This document shows, in pieces, positions 24,151 through 39,459 of a DNA stretch of 64,000 nucleotides. How positions within the stretch are numbered: position 1 is the first letter of the stretch; each line of letters begins with the position of its first letter. The notes under the pieces were generated by a model. It was not told where the DNA came from. It was given only the letters and a program-made list of their open reading frames with translations, and did no database searches. Source of the DNA: Leucoraja ocellata (taxonomy: Eukaryota); the NCBI GenBank assembly GCA_036785375.1, contig JAWMAR010000531.1, positions 1,116,001 to 1,180,000 of the forward strand. The letters run 5' to 3'. The translations under genes and the position numbers were made by a program.

Positions 24151-26350
24151 CACATGACTCCCGGTGAAGCCTTGAACAACTTACTTATTCCTTCTTCTTA
24201 TGTTCCCGGTTTGAATTTGGCAAAAGGGAGACATGTGACAATAATAATAAACCACAAACAAACATAGCATATTAGTTTTCTCCACACTGATCTCACCGCC
24301 ATCCACATCTTTCTCCTTGGTGAATACAGATGCAGTACACATTCGCTTAACAATTACACTATATCCTTGATCAGGCCTACCAAATCTCTTGGCATCCTTC
24401 TTGTTTTTAACACATGTATAAAAAGCCGCAGGATTTTCTGAAACCCAACTCATCAATTATATTTCATGACCAATTTGGCCCTACTAATCACCCGGTTCAG
24501 CTCTTTGCTACTTGCCATTCCTCACAATCCCCGTATGATGCCACTTTGTTAAATCTGTCATAGCTTCCGTTTTGTTTCTGAAAAGGTTTATAACCTCCGT
24601 GGTCATTCACGGGTCCCTTACCATGCCATTGTTATCTATCCTCCTTACTGGAACATGCTGATCCTGTACTTTGGTTAAATAACTCCCATATGTTAGCTGT
24701 GAACATACTCAATAACAACTGCTCCCAAGCTCCTGCCTAATGACATTTTAATCTGTTTTGCTTCTGTGAAGATCCAGACTAATACTTATTCAAACAAATA
24801 TTAAACCTTGTAAATTACAAAATTCTTAAGGGGTTGGGCAGGCTAGATGCAGGAAGATTGTTCCCGATGATGGGGCAGTCCAGAACAAGGGGTCACAGTT
24901 TAAGGATAAAGGGGAAATCTTTCAGGACTGTGATGAGAACATTTTTTACACAGAGAGTGGTGAATCTCTGGAATTCTCTGCCACAGAATGTAGTTGAGGC
25001 CAGTTAATTGGCTATATTTAAGAAGGAGTTAGATGTGGCCCTTGTGGCTAAAGGGATCAGGGGGTATGGAGAGAAGGCAGGTACAGGATACTGAGTTGGA
25101 TGGTCAGCCATGATCATATTGAATGGCGGTGCAGGCTCGAAGGGCTGAATGGCCTACTCCTGCACCTGCACCTATTTTCTATGTTTCTATGTTTCTATGT
25201 AAAGTTGTGGTCACTATTGCCAAGTGCTCTTACATAGAAACATAGAAAATAGGTGCAGGAGTAGGCCACTATTCCAGCATACCACCAGTCAGCTGGCCAA
25301 GTTCATTTCCCAACACAATGTCCAGTATCGTCCCTCCTGGATTCAGACTACCCAAACACCGTTTAAGGAAAATTTCTTGGATATACTTCATAAATTCTGC
25401 CTCATTTAACTCCCATCCACTGAACACAAAACCGTCAATGTTGGGGAAGTTAACGATACCCACTACAACAACACTGTAGTTTTGTTTGCATATCCGATCC
25501 ATCTCCCGCTGCTTATTGGGTGTCCCATAATATAATCCCATTAGAGAGACTGTTCCTTTCTTATTTTTATGCACACCCCATATGCCTCAATAGATGTATC
25601 CTCCAGTTATGTCCCCTCTGAGTACCACCATCTTAAATATCGAAGCCCTGATACATTGAACTGCCAGTCATGTCTCTCCAACAAACAAGTTTCCATAATG
25701 GCCACAACTTTATTACTCCAAGCACTGATCTCGACTATCTACGTTCATTTTGCTTTATCCACAATAATCCCTGCACTGAAGTAAACATTTCATCCTCGAA
25801 TTGCCACATAATCATGAACCACTCCCTGCTCATCTTTCCTTTGAGCATTACTTGTTATAACCTCCACTTCTTGTCAGCCTTTCCATTTGCAAACTTGCTC
25901 CTTTCGTTCCCATTCTCTGTCCATTCCATCTTAAATTATCCAGAGTAGTACGAGCAAACTTCACCGCAAGGATGTTGGTGTCCCTTCAGTTCAAGTGCAG
26001 CCTGTCCCTCTTGTGCAGGTCGCCTTTACGGCAATAGAAATCTCAATGGTCTACAATCTGAATCATTTCCCCTGCACCAACTCCTCAGTCGTGCATTCAT
26101 CTGTCCTATCCTCCTATTGCTACCCTCACTAACGTGGTAACTGTAGTAATCTAGAGATTACCACCCACCAGGTGGGAATTTTAACCTTTTACCAAACTCC
26201 CCATAGACACGCCGTTGGACCACATTGCCCTTCGTTATATTTTGCTGAACTCCCTATATTCTCTCCACAGGACCCATTCCCTTTTCCTAACTTTTTTCCC
26301 AAATCTTTTTACTCCTCTTTAGGACCTCATCCAGTTTTCTACATATGTGT

Positions 26351-29300
26351 TTGAGTAAATGAAGCTCACTAATACAAGATATAAGTATGGTGTTCGCTTC
26401 ATCTGTAAAAATGAGCAAACTATGAGGGCTGATTCCATGGCTAAGAAGCTGCTACGTAACAATGATACTGATTTTTGGAAAGAGCTCTTAACAGTTGTAA
26501 AACATCTCTACCATGCACTGTAGATGGAATCTCCAGGACAGCTAATATCGCGGACTTATGGCGACAACATTATATCACTTTATTCAACTGTGTCCAAGAT
26601 GATTTGTATAGGGTGGACAATATTGAGAGTAATTACTCAGTGGTGATGTCACATGAGGTGTATCATGTCATGAACAAGCTGTCCAAAAACAAAGCAAGTG
26701 GCTTGGATTATATTTCTGCTGAACATCTTAAGTATGCGAGTATGAGAATAGCTCCTCTCCTTGCTATTTGTCTTACTGACTTTATGATTCATGGCTTGTT
26801 ACCAGCCTCAATGTTGCCTGTTCTGCTACTGCCGGTCATTAAGGACAAAGCTGGTAAAATAGGCAGCCTAAATAATTACAAGCCCATAGCTTTAGCCAGC
26901 ATATTGTCAAAGGTCTTAGAAAGAATTCTGCCGGATAGAGTAAATGAGTTTGTTAACTCCACAGATATCCATTTTGGTTTTAACGCTAAACATGGCACTG
27001 ACTTGTGCATATATGACCTAAAGGAGATTGCAAACAAATATAGAGGCAAAAACTTCAATTCTTATGTGCTTTATTGATGCTTCCAAAGCTTTTGATCATG
27101 TTAACCATAGAAAGCTGTTTGTTAAAATGAGTCAGAGGGCGGTGCCTATATACATTGTGATAATTCTGGTTTACTGTTATGTGCACCAGATTATGCAAAT
27201 AAAATGGGGCAATAGGGTCTCACCCTCATTTAGGGTTGCCAATGGTGTTAGACATGGGGGAATTTTCTCCCCAGTCCTTTTTAATCTTTATATTGGTGAT
27301 CTGTCCAAGCAATTGAAAGCCTGTAATACTGGGTGCATGATTGGTAATATTTTAGTGAACCATATTATGTATGCAGATAATCTTGTGGTCTTTAGTCCAT
27401 CTAGCGCTGGTCTGCAGCAGCTCCGTACTGAATGTTCTGTGTATGGTGTGGAACATGATATTAAATGTAACGCTTGTAAGACTGCTGTTATGATCTGTAG
27501 AACCAAAGGGGATAAATGTCTAACATTTCCTGATTATAAATTGTCTGACAATAATCTTAGTGTCTGTAATAAGGTAAAATATCTTGGGCATGTTATTACA
27601 GAACAAATGACAGATGATGAATCAAAACTCTTTAGATTCTGGAGTAGTTCCTGAGGATTGGAGGGTAGCTAATGTAACCCCACTTTTTAAAAAGGGAGGG
27701 AGAGAGAAAACGGGGAATTACAGACCAGTTAGTCTAACGTCGTTAGTGGGGAAACTGCTAGAATCAGTTATTAAAGATGGGATAGCAGCACATTTGGAAA
27801 GTGGTGAAATCATTGGACAAAGTCAGCATGGATTTATGAAAGGTAAATCATGTCTGACGAACCTTATAGAATTTTTCGAGGATGTAACTAGTAGAGTGGA
27901 TAAGGGAGAACCAGTGGATGTGTTATATCTGGACTTTCAGAAGGCTTTCGACAAGGTCCCACATAAGAGATTAGTATACAAACTTGCACACTGTATTGGG
28001 GGTTCAGTATTGATGTGGATAGAGAACTGGCTGGCAGATAGGAAGCAAAAAGTAGGAGTAAACGGGTCCTTTTCACAATGGCAGGCAGTGACTAGTGGGG
28101 TACCGCAAGGCTCAGTGCTGGAACCCCAGCTATTTACGATATATACAGTATTAATCATTTGGACGAGGGAATTCAATGTAACATCTCCAAGTTTGCGGAT
28201 GACACGAAGCTGGGGGGGCAGTGTTAGCTGTGAGGAGGATGCTAGGAGGCTGAAAGGTGACTTGGATAGGCTGGGTGAGTGGGCAAATGCATGGCAGATG
28301 CAGTATAATGTGGATAAATGTGAGGTGGCAAAAACAGTAAAGTAGACTATTATCTGAATGGTGGCCGATTAAGAAAAGGCGAGATGCTACGAGACTTGGG
28401 TGTCATGGTACATCAGACATTAAAAGTAGGCATGCCAGTGCAGCAGGCCGTGAAGAAGGCAAATGGTATGTTAGCATTCATAGCAAAAGGATTTGACTAT
28501 AAGAGCAGGGAGGTTCTTCTGCAGTTGTACTGGGTCTTGGTGAGACCACACCTGGAGTACAGTTTTGGTCTCCTAATCTGAGGAAAGACATTCTTGCCGT
28601 AGAGGGAGTACAGGGAAGATTCACCAGACTGATTCCTGGGATGTCAGGACTTTCATATGAAGAAAGACTGGATAGACTCGGTTTGTACTCGCTAGAATTT
28701 AGAAGATTGAGGGGGGATCTCATAGAAACTTACAAAATTCTTAAGGGGTTGGACAGGCTAGATGCTGAAAGATTGTTCCCGATGTTGGGGAAGTCCAGAA
28801 CAAGGGGTCACAGCTTAAGGATAAGGGGGAAATATTTTAGGACGGAGATGAGGAAAACATTTTTCACACAGAGAGTGGTGAATCTCTGGAATTTTCTGCC
28901 ACAGAAGGTAGTTGAGGCCAGTTCATTGGCTATATTTAAGAGAGAGTTAGATGTGGCCCTTGTGGCTAAAGGGATCAGGGGGTATGGAGAGAAGGCAGGT
29001 ACAGGATACTGAGTTGGATGATCAGCCATGATCATATTGAATGGCGGTGCAGGCTCGACGGGCCAAATGGCCTACTCCTGCACCTATTTTCGATGTTTCT
29101 ATGTTTCTATTATAATTTTTATAGGCAACGACTATGCTGTATGTACAGGCGAATATTCTCTTGCATAAGTTTGGTGCGTGTACAGATGTGGTGAAGATGT
29201 CGCTGTTTAGAGCATACTGCACACCACTCTATACTGCACATCTGTGGTTGAACTACTGAAAGACAAGTTTGCAGAGAGTAAAGGTGGCCTATAATAATGC

Positions 29301-29710
29301 CATGAGAATACTGCTAAGGAAACCTAGATGTTGTAGTGCTAGTAACATGTTTGTGGCTGCAGGACATATCCTAAGAAATCATATGTATAAATTAATTGGC
29401 AGGATAAATGACTTGAAAATGTAATTATCGTTGCTTTGTCAAACATAATGTTTAGCTCTACACGTTACGAATCCCACTTATGGAGACACTGGTATCGCTG
29501 TTTCGTTGTTGGACATTGATCATTTTATTCGGGATTTTTAATCATGTATTGTGTTTTTTTTATATATAATGTATGATGCTATTATGTGACATACTAAGAT
29601 TGTATATGTATTTTATGTTTTTTATATGCAATGTATTTTTATGTAATGTTGTCCCTTGTCTGGACCTCGAGTCCGAAATAAAGTTTATTATTATTATTAT
29701 TATTATTATT
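26351..29710 (+). mobile_element. RTE-X-like LINE (most complete copy), interrupted by CR1
   Basis: Frameshifted RT: FIDASKAFD, GVRHGGIFSPVLFNLY, MYADNLV, KVKYLGH; (ATT)n tail at ~29686-29710. Confidence 0.75.
27620..29108 (+). mobile_element. CR1 LINE, 5'-truncated, nested in the RTE-X-like element
   Basis: RT motifs NYRPVSLTS, YLDFQKAFDKV, GVPQGSVL; frameshifts; TTTCTATG tail. Confidence 0.9.
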
Positions 29711-32311
29711 ATATCATTTGTGCTGACATGCAAAACGACTTCTGTCTGTCCACCCACCACTTTAAAAATGATCTGCAGCCGCTCCAGGACATCCTAGATC
29801 CTTGCACCAGAGAGGCAACAGTCCATCCATGAGGCCTATTTGCTCCTGTCCACTTCACCAATGTATTTATCACAATCACTCTGTCTAACTTCATACCGCT
29901 GCACATCAGAGACAGGCCCAGTGCCAAAGACCTGACTGCTGCTGCTGTCCCCTCAACAGTTGCAAAAGAACATAGCAGTTTTGCAGGGGAATGTCTACGG
30001 GGGATTCCTGAACCCTCTATCTATTCCCTTTGCTGGTTGTCACCCATCTATTCTGTGTCCTCACCACAGGTATGAGTACCTCACTATGACTTGCTCACTG
30101 TCTGGACGAACACGAGGTCATCCAATTGCAACTGCAGATCACTAATCTTTCAGGAGCTGCACCTGGACACACCTCCTGCAGATGTAATGTTCAGAGACGC
30201 TACGTCTTCTTCAGACCCAACATCCCACAGGCTGAGCACACAAGCCTCCATCTCTATCACACCAAGACCAGGTTGTGCTGCAAAGCAAACATCAAGTGAC
30301 AGACCAAACCTTATCCTCCGGTAACCCTCACAGAAGCCTCTTGAGCTTAAGCCTCAATAAACCAATCTCAATATGGCGCTCCACTTACGTTTACCTTCAG
30401 TTTATTGACTGTTATTTAGCCAAATAACCAAGCTGTGACACTTGCCCGCAAATAACGATCGAGATATTTTTCGATAGAGAAGATTAACCAATATTCAGAT
30501 AAGCATAACTCTGAAAAGAACTATATTCTGGACTATAGTGACTTTATGTGGAACACAACTGAAGGGATGGTCGAATTCTCTGTGGCAAAATAAAAACTAT
30601 CAACAGAACAATCAATGGTATGAATAAAGGAATATGCCTGTGCTGCTACATCAGAGATCAGATCATATGGAATTCAAATATATTGTAAGGAAACCGAAGC
30701 TGGGGTTGAGGGCACACGCACTTACTTGCAATACGACAGTGGTAGTCCTTACAAATCAGAACCAGACCCAATTCTGCCTACTCTCTGTTTCATGATAGCT
30801 AGCATTCGATTTACGATAGCATATGGCCTCTAGTATATGCATCGTTTTCCTTCTTTGGACAATACACTTAAAAGAAATACTACTTCGCCAAAATACCTCT
30901 AATATCATTTGTGATCACAGGCCTGTGAAAGGAATACGCGTGGTAGATAAAATAATAGCTAGGAGTGCTTTCTGTGCCAGTGCTAGACACACTGACAATA
31001 AATGAAGAGGATGCATAAAAGTATGCATAGGAAGGGGTAAGAATAGTCCCGAAATTAGGTTTCTGAATTGCAAGAAGGTCGATTTCAAAAGACATTGATG
31101 CCTTTGCTTGACCTGTTTGCATGTCATCGATCTGAGGACTTTTATGAGATGCGAGTATTAACTGTCCAGACACATCAGCAGAACAGCCCGGTCTCCTTTG
31201 ATTAATTACCAGCGAAATCGTTAGTCCAAATATCAACATTTTGAAAATGTAGACAGTTTTTTGACTGTATTTTCTTGTTCATCGCCGTTAGCACTGATTC
31301 GCCCAGTGTTACTACCCTGCAGGGATAATACACAAAGCGATAGGAGCGCTGCCGCGACAACTAGCGCGATTAGGTTGCGATATAAAATCTGCGTACATTA
31401 GACCAAGTATAAGGCAACGCTGGTTGCATGTAAATATCATTTCATATGTCAGATGAAGTTGGACAGAAATTATATCATAGCATTGCAAGCACGTGCAGAC
31501 ATCGAGGTCGTTCATATATAAAACTCGCCAGCAGCTACTAACATGTCGATTAAACATGTTTCTCAGTTTCTTTTCTCAATTAAGTCAATTACCCGTGCTA
31601 AACCAGTGAACATGTGTGCTGCTAGCAAGCATGCTTTCCAGAATTACAGCGGTGTTGACGGTACATTGACACCCAAATCTGCAAATTCGTAACTAATTTT
31701 GAAGACAATTGCTTCTTCACATTGCGCTTTGAAAGATTTCCTACACACCATCTTCACCAGAATATTTACCAGTTTCAAATAAAATGTGTGTGTGCAACTA
31801 AAAGGGTGAAGATACATGTCGCGTACAGTAGTGCGAGACCATGAGATCGGATTCTTCAGCACCTGTTGGAATGCATCCCTTCATTGTTCAAGAGTGAATG
31901 AGCAGTCGCCAGGAATTATGATGAGGTTATTCGATTAATTTATTTGAAGTCGCATGCCGTGCAACTGCACAGCAAAAGGTTCAGAATAAATGAAAAGGAA
32001 TAATTCAACACCTCCTTACAAACTAAACAAAGTCTCTTATGTGATTCAGTCCATATTAAATCGTCCCGAGGTACAAATGTACCGAGATAAATTGTACCGA
32101 GATATTCGACACCAAATCTTTATTTACTTTGGAAATAATTTGACCCAGGAAGAATCTGGCAACTTCTGATTGGCGCAACACGCATTCTGATTTGACTGTT
32201 GAAGGGTAGATAAGGAACTCGAGGTGACGCCTTGTCACACGGTTCATAAGCGACCAGGAGAGAAACACTGAGGAGCCACTTCACATGACGTTCTCCGCTC
32301 AATTCATTACA

Positions 32312-32360
32312 ATGTCGTGCTGGATCTCTCTAGTCTATGCGTTAGTGTTTTCCGCAGCTT
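32312..32360 (+). CDS. Ig light chain cluster 3, leader exon
   Basis: MSCWISLVYALVFSAA, donor GTGAGT at 32361. Confidence 0.9.
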
Positions 32361-32485
32361 GTGAGTATTTACTTCAACCGACATGATATTTAATCTCGAG
32401 TACGATTAAACCTTTCTATCCGTGATAATTCTACTGTTTATCTGATATCAGTTAACATTCTACTTTTATCTGGTTTGTTTTCCAG

Positions 32486-32830
32486 ATATAAATGCGCAAT
32501 TTGCACTAAATCAGCCGTCTTCAAAATCCACATCTCTGGGACAGAACGTGGAAATAGCCTGTACCCTGTCTGGCGGCAGTTTAGGTAACAGTGACGTTTC
32601 CTGGTACCAGCAGATTCCCGGAGCGGTCCCGCGATATTTGTTCTACTATTACTCGGGCAGCAGCATTTACAGAGGCTCGGGAGTTTCTGAACGTTTCTCC
32701 GGATCAGTGTCAGGCAACACTGCAACATTGACAATATCGAACGTGCAGTCTAGGGACGCTGCTGACTACTACTGTGCTGTGTGGAAAGATGCTTTCATCT
32801 TCGGCAAAGGAACGAGGCTGGGTATTGGCA
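32486..32830 (+). CDS. Ig light chain cluster 3, germline-joined VJ exon
   Basis: QFALNQP...C...WYQQ...YYC-AVWKDAFI-FGKG; splice sites intact. Confidence 0.95.
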
Positions 32831-34206
32831 GTAAGTAAAATACCTTCTATCTTTGCGTAGACACAAAAAGCTGGAGTAACGCAGCGAGACAGGCAACATC
32901 TATGGAGAGAAGGAAAGGGGTTTAGGAAGGAACGGCAGATGTTGGTTTAAAACGAAGATAAGGACAACAAGCTGGACAGGCAGCATCTCTGCAGGAAATG
33001 AATGGGTCTGCAGTTCCTTCCTGCATATTTTGTCTTTGAATTAATGATATAGCAGTGAAAACTAATTGGTTTTCTGTCGCTAATCGATGGTTCAAAGGAA
33101 AAGCTTTTAACGCTAATATGTTCAGCGTTCGACTAAAGTCGAGATTCCTTTGGCAAATTATTAGACGTAGCTCTATCAAAGGGCCCAGATGTTAGAACGG
33201 CTGTTTGTATTTTTTACACTAAATAACTTTAAATAAAAGCTGATTATTTTTTTTTAATTCCCCGCCACGAATGCGTCTTTTTTGGCAAATTAGTTGAGAA
33301 CAGCAATGAAAGGACGAAATGGCTGTCCGTTTGTGTTATTATTCTTAATTACTTTGCGGACAACGAGCTAATAATTAAGAATTAGACCGAGAGTAAGGGA
33401 ACGGGAAATAACTTTGGGGGGGACAAGGAACTGCAGATGCTGGTTTACAAAAAAAGACACAAAGCTCTGGGGTGACTCAGCTGGTAGGGCAGCATCTCTG
33501 GTGAACATGGATAGGTGACTTTCGGTTCGGGTCCCTTCTTCAAATCAGTTTTGTTCCATGCGACATCATATAACGCATTTTGCTGTTGTGCGAAAGGAAT
33601 AATATTCGCTATTCAACCTCGGAAATCTGAGCTGAATTATTACTTCAAAGAGAAGAGACTGGTCGAGAAAAAACAAACATATACGTTTCAGCATTAATGT
33701 AAATCATATCAACGACTATTTAAAATGCGAGAAACGATAAATTTAACGTGGCTGCAACTCTAGTCTGTTCATTGATGGCGAAAACGGCAAAATATTCGTG
33801 TCGCTAAAATCCAACCATTAGGAATATTTCGGTAACTGGTCTTAATAAATGAACAGATGAATTAAGGGAAGGTATTTAAACAAAACTAAAGTTTTAAGCG
33901 CGTTTAGTGGAACTTTGGCTGCAATGAAAACCCGCAACTGGCTGTCGGGTAAAACGCTGTTTTTTTTTATTGTAGCTGGAGCCAACGAAAATAATACTCT
34001 GGAGATCAATTAAAAATACTGCCGAAACAATATACTTTACGCTGCTGCGCATATTCTGTCCCATTGCCATAAATAGCAGTTATTGTTTGGAGATCTCACT
34101 TGGAACGAATGAATCCATGTTATACCAACTGTATTTTTAACAAAGATAATGTTTTAACCGAAGCAGTTCTGCCAGCCCTACTAATCTGTGACTTTATTTT
34201 AAATAG

Positions 34207-34529
34207 ATCCTCAGCCCCCCGCGGTGTCCGTGCTTGGACCTTCAGCGCAAGAATTGACGGGAAAGGAAACGGCCACCCTGGTGTGTTTGGTGAACGGGTT
34301 TAATCCGGGCGCTGTGGAAATTGACTGGACCGTGGACGGCAGTGCGAGGAGTGATGGCGTTGAGACCAGCCGGATCCAACAGGAGGCGGACAACACGTTC
34401 AGTGCGAGCAGTTACCTGACTCTGCCAGCCACAGTGTGGAACGCACACGATCTTTACTCCTGTGTGGTTAAACACGAGTCGCAGGCAAGCCCGCTGCAGG
34501 CAAACATCGCCAGGTCCAGCTGTCTGTAA
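34207..34529 (+). CDS. Ig light chain cluster 3, C exon
   Basis: Open C1-set domain ending RSSCL*. Confidence 0.95.
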
Positions 34530-36380
34530 AACCTCTAGATTCCAACAAATCAAACTGACAAATATTGTTGCTCCGTCTTTCATTTGTCAAAAATTGATAT
34601 AAAAATATTCTCTATTATCGAGTAGCATTTGCGGTAAAATTGTCCTTTGTCTCGCTGTTTGTAAACGTCATTCAATTGAAGCAACTCGTTGTGAATTGAA
34701 ACTCCATTGTTATTCAATCTGTTAAATGCATTCCCAAATATTCATTAAAAGAAAGTGGTCTAAAGATTACATTCAGGTTTGTTTTGTTTACCCACGTGAC
34801 TAACATACAAATACAGCTCTCGACTAAAATCAATAATTCAATCTTAAGAGCAATACATGTGTTGGATTTTTATTTCTGATCAGAGAAAATCAAATGTATT
34901 TAATCAACCTTCATTATTTTATCTTATGGAAGAACCGATGATAAATGTTGCCGAACGTTATGTTATAAACTGGTGTGATGATAAATTGGTTCATAGAGCC
35001 GCGCGCGCGCACACGCACACACACGAACAAAATGGGGCGCTCATGTAGAAACGTATTCGAGGACAGACAGTAATCGTTATATGTGACCTTGCTAATACTA
35101 TTCACTGAGCAATTCCAACCTATTTCATATGTGAATTAACTGGGTGGGGCTGGTGGTGAGTGAGAGTAATATAGAAACATAGAAAATAGGTGCAGGAGTA
35201 GGCTATTCGGCCCTTTGAGCATGCACCGCCATTCAATATGATCATGGCTGATCATCCAACTCAGTATCCCATAAGGCCTTCTCTCCATATCCCCTGATCC
35301 CTTTAGCCACAAGGGCCACATCGAACTCCCTCTTAAATATAGCCAATGAACTGGCCTCGTTGTCTGGCAGAATATGGTCTTTCTGCCTTTATATAGGGCG
35401 CTAGCACACATGGAGTATCACATATAGTTTTACTTTCCTCGCCTAGTAGAGGTACTGAAGTTCTTGGTTGGTTCCTGCTGAGCTGATTAGCGGGATAAGT
35501 GCACGCTGCGTGGAACGACTGAGAAGTGTAGCCTACCTTCTCATCCACTCCCTACACAGTGAAGGGTAATTTTACAGAGGTCAATTAACCTAGGAACTCG
35601 CAATCTTTGGGATGTGGGAGGCAACCCACGGCACCACATGGGAAACGTGTAAACTCCTCACAGACAGCATCCGAGCTCAGGATCGAACCCTGGTCTCTGG
35701 CGCTCTCGAGGCAGCTGCTCTACCAGGTGCGCCACTGTGCCGCCCCACAATATATGATATATCACCCACTGTAATATCTAAATCTCGTAGTGGTCTTGGC
35801 AGGAAAGGTGCAGACGTAATTTCTCCTGATTGATGAGTGCAAACTATAATTTGCAGTATCCACAAAGCGCAGAACATAGTACAGCACAGCACACGAACAA
35901 GCCTTTCCGCACTCCATGCCTCTGCCGACATGATGCCAAAACCAAATCTTATCTGCGGGCACATGATCTGGATCCAGAAATCTTACAAATGCCACTGTTG
36001 CTTGTGCCGCCACCACCACCCTCGCCAACACCTTCACAGTCCTCACCAACCTCTGTATATAAAATGTCCATGCGTCTCTCTCCTTAAAGCTATGTCATCT
36101 AGTCCTTGATATTTCCATTCTGGGGGGAAATGGTAATCATTCTCTGCCCTATCTATGACTCATAATTTTATATATTTCTAGCAGGTCACCTCTCATCGTT
36201 AACGGTTACAGAGAAAACAACCCGATTCTGTCCAACCTGTGCTCGTAGTTAATATCCCTAATTCAGGTATCATGCTGGTAAACATCCTCTGCGCCTTTTC
36301 CAAGGCCTCCACTTCCATCTAGTATTGGGGCGAAGGAAATTATGGCAGTACCCGAAATGCAGCCTAGCAAAAGTCCTTTA

Positions 36381-37437
36381 CCCCTGTCCCACTTAGGAAA
36401 CCTGAACGGAAACCTCTGGAGACTTTGTACCCCACCCAAGGTTTCCGTGCGGTTCCCGGAGGTTCCCTGTCAGTATCAGTATCAGTATCAGTATATCTTT
36501 ATTGTCATTTCCTGAGTACTCACACACTCAGAGGAAACAAAAAAACGTTGCTCAACCAGCGTCCATTCAGTGTGCAGTACAAATAACAACAAGTAAATAG
36601 AAATAAAAATACATATATCATGAACAAATTAAATTAAACACTCTACTCTCTACTAAACATCAACAGGCGTTCCGATCGACAGCTGCTGCAGTGTGTCCAG
36701 GTTGATGGTTGGTGCGCGATACTTTGGCAGGGGATTAAGTCCGTTTATCAGTCTTATAGAAGCTGAGGAGCATCCTGCTGGTTTTGCAGCTAATGCTTCT
36801 GTACCTCTTCCCAGATGGCAGGATGGAGAATATGTGATGCGATGGGTGGTAGGGGTCTTTGATGATGGAGGTGGCTCTGTTGATACATCTCTTCCTGTAT
36901 ATGTCCAGCAAGAAAGGGAGTGGAGCACCAATAATCCTGCTGGCGGTCTTCACAATCCTGTCAAGTTGGTGCCGTTCGTACGCCTTGCAGCTCCCGAACC
37001 AGGAAGTGATGCCGTTGGTTAATGTGCTCTCGACTGTCCCCCTATAAAAAGTTCGTAGATGTGTAGTGGGGAGACCTTCTTTACGTAGTCTTCGGAAAGG
37101 GTGTAGTCGCTGCTGGGCTCTCTTGACCAGTGCTGTGGTGTTGGTTGTGGACATCAGGTCATCTGACAGGTGGAGTCCTAGGAACTTCACGCTGCTGACC
37201 CTTTCCACATCAGCTCCATCCATGTGCAGGGGTGTATGGTGTTGTTTTCCCGCCCTCCTGAAGTCAACCACCATCTCCTTAGTTTTTCCCTGAGGTCTTT
37301 GTCAGTCTCCCTACCCGCTTCCACTGCCTGCGACCTCCGGCAACCACCTGCAACTTCTGGGAACCGCACGGAAACCTTGGGTGGGGCGCAAAGTCTCCGG
37401 AGGTTTCCGTTCAGGTTTCCTAAGTGGGACAGGGGCA
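36381..37437. mobile_element. Palindromic MITE, unit 3 copy, interrupted by a LINE insertion
   Basis: Left arm 36381-36469, right arm resumes at ~37286-37437. Confidence 0.8.
36470..37285 (-). mobile_element. 5'-truncated Rex1/Babar-like LINE
   Basis: ORF 36735-37274(-): EMVVDFRR..VERVSSVKFLG..KRAQQRL..FYRGTVES..HPSH..LPSGKRYRS. AATAAA plus (TACTGA)4 tail. TSD TTCCCTG at 36463-36469 and 37286-37292. Confidence 0.85.
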
Positions 37438-39459
37438 TAAAGTAGCATCATGACTCGCCTGCCCTTATCCTGAATGCCCTGCTCAATGAAGCAAAACATA
37501 AAATATGCCTTCTCACCACTCTATATAGTAGTGTTGCCACTGAGGGACATATAGACCTGGATCCCAAAATTCCTCTGTACATCAATAGTGTTGTTATTAA
37601 TCGAAAGTAGATACAAAATGCTGGAGTAAGTCAGCGCGTCAGGCAGCGTCTCGTATATTTCCCCTCACAATCAACCCCTCCCCCAGCAGTTCAATGCTCT
37701 GGTTAATCTGCATCTATCATTTCATCTCTCATTTTTATACCTATCCTGCTGTTTACTTTGACAGCCTTCCTCACTGTCCGCAACCCAAACAATCTAGCTG
37801 TCATCTGTAAACGTATTAACTACTAGAGAAGGTGCAGAGATCTTTGTCATGGCTCCTGCAATCTCGTCTGTTGTGTCTCTCAATAATCTGTCCATTCATG
37901 CACACTGCCCCTCAAGACACCCAACACCTACTTCTTAAACACACAGTTACCTTGCGTATGAATATTCGCCACATTGATCTCACTCTCCTTCTTGTCCTTC
38001 TCCTTGGTGAAAAGACATACAACGCATACATTTAATATCTCGCCTATATCCCTTGACTCAAAGCACAAATTCCTCCCTTTATCCTCAAGTTACCATCTTT
38101 CTGGTTACCCTCTTGCATTTAAAACAGGTACATAAACCTTGCGAACTTCTTTAATCTAGCTCGACAAACCCGTTTCATGCCCCCTTTTGGCTCTTCTAAT
38201 CGACCGCTTAAGTTATTTCCAACTCGATTTCATATTTCTGCCTGATTTCATCTTCAGATAATGGGCTGGGTCATCAGGACTGAAAAGAAAAGTATTCTTG
38301 GCTGGATGCGATTATAATGTTTTGGATACTTTACTCAATATGCTTGCCGATACTCAAACAGATTGACATCGAAAGAACTTTAAGCGATTCAAGGGAGTTG
38401 GGAAAAGGGCGGGACACTGGAGTTTGTTTAAACGTTCAACTTCCTTTCCCATTCCCCCACTGACCTTTCTGTCCTGGGCCTCCTCCACTGTCAGAGTGAG
38501 GTCCAGTGTAAAGTGGAGGAACAGCACCTGCTTGGGCAGATTACAACCAGGAATTCTCTAACCTTTCAAGTAACCCTTGCATCACCTCTCTCCCCGGCCC
38601 TCCCCCATGCTAGTCCGTCCGTTTCCTTGATCATCGTTACTTTTTTTAGCATATCTTTCATTCATTTGTTCTATATGCACCTCTGTATCACCGTCTATAT
38701 CTCTCGTTTCACTTTACCTGGCTCAGTCTGAGGAAGGGTCTCGACCCGAAGTGTGACCTATTCCTTTTCTCCGGTGACATTCTAATCTGTTTTGCTACTG
38801 TGAAGATCCAGACCAATACTTATTCAAACAAATATTAAACCTTGTAACTTACAAAATTCTTAAGAAGTTGGACAGGCTAGATGCAGGAAGATTGTTCCCG
38901 ATGATGGGGAAGTCCAGAACAAGGGGTCACAGTTTAAGGATAAAGGGGAAATCTTTCAGGACTGTGATAAGAAAAACATTTTTTACACAGAGAGTGGTGA
39001 ATCTCTGGAATTCTCTGCCACAGAATGTAGTTGCGGCCAGTTCATTGGCTATATTTAAGAAGGAGTTAGATGTGGCCCTTGTGGCTAAAGGGATCAGTGG
39101 GTATGGAGAGAAGGCAGGTACAGGATACTGAGTTGGATGGTCAGCCATGATCATATTGAATGGCGGTGCAGGCTCGAAGGGCCGATTGGCCTACTCCTGC
39201 ACCTATTTTCTATGTTTCTATGTTCTTATGTAAAGTTGTGGTGCCTGACCCGTTGAGTTATTCCGGCCTTTTGTGCCTATCTTAGGTTTAAAGCAGCATC
39301 TGCAGTTCCTCCCAACACAAATATTGAACCAATGTGGTCGAGTTTTACAAGGGGGAGTCTTGACTCTTGACTGGGGTGTGAGCTGCCAAGCGAAATATGA
39401 GGTGCTGTTCCTCCAATTTGCACTGGGCCGCACTCTGACAATGGATGAGGCCCAGGCCC

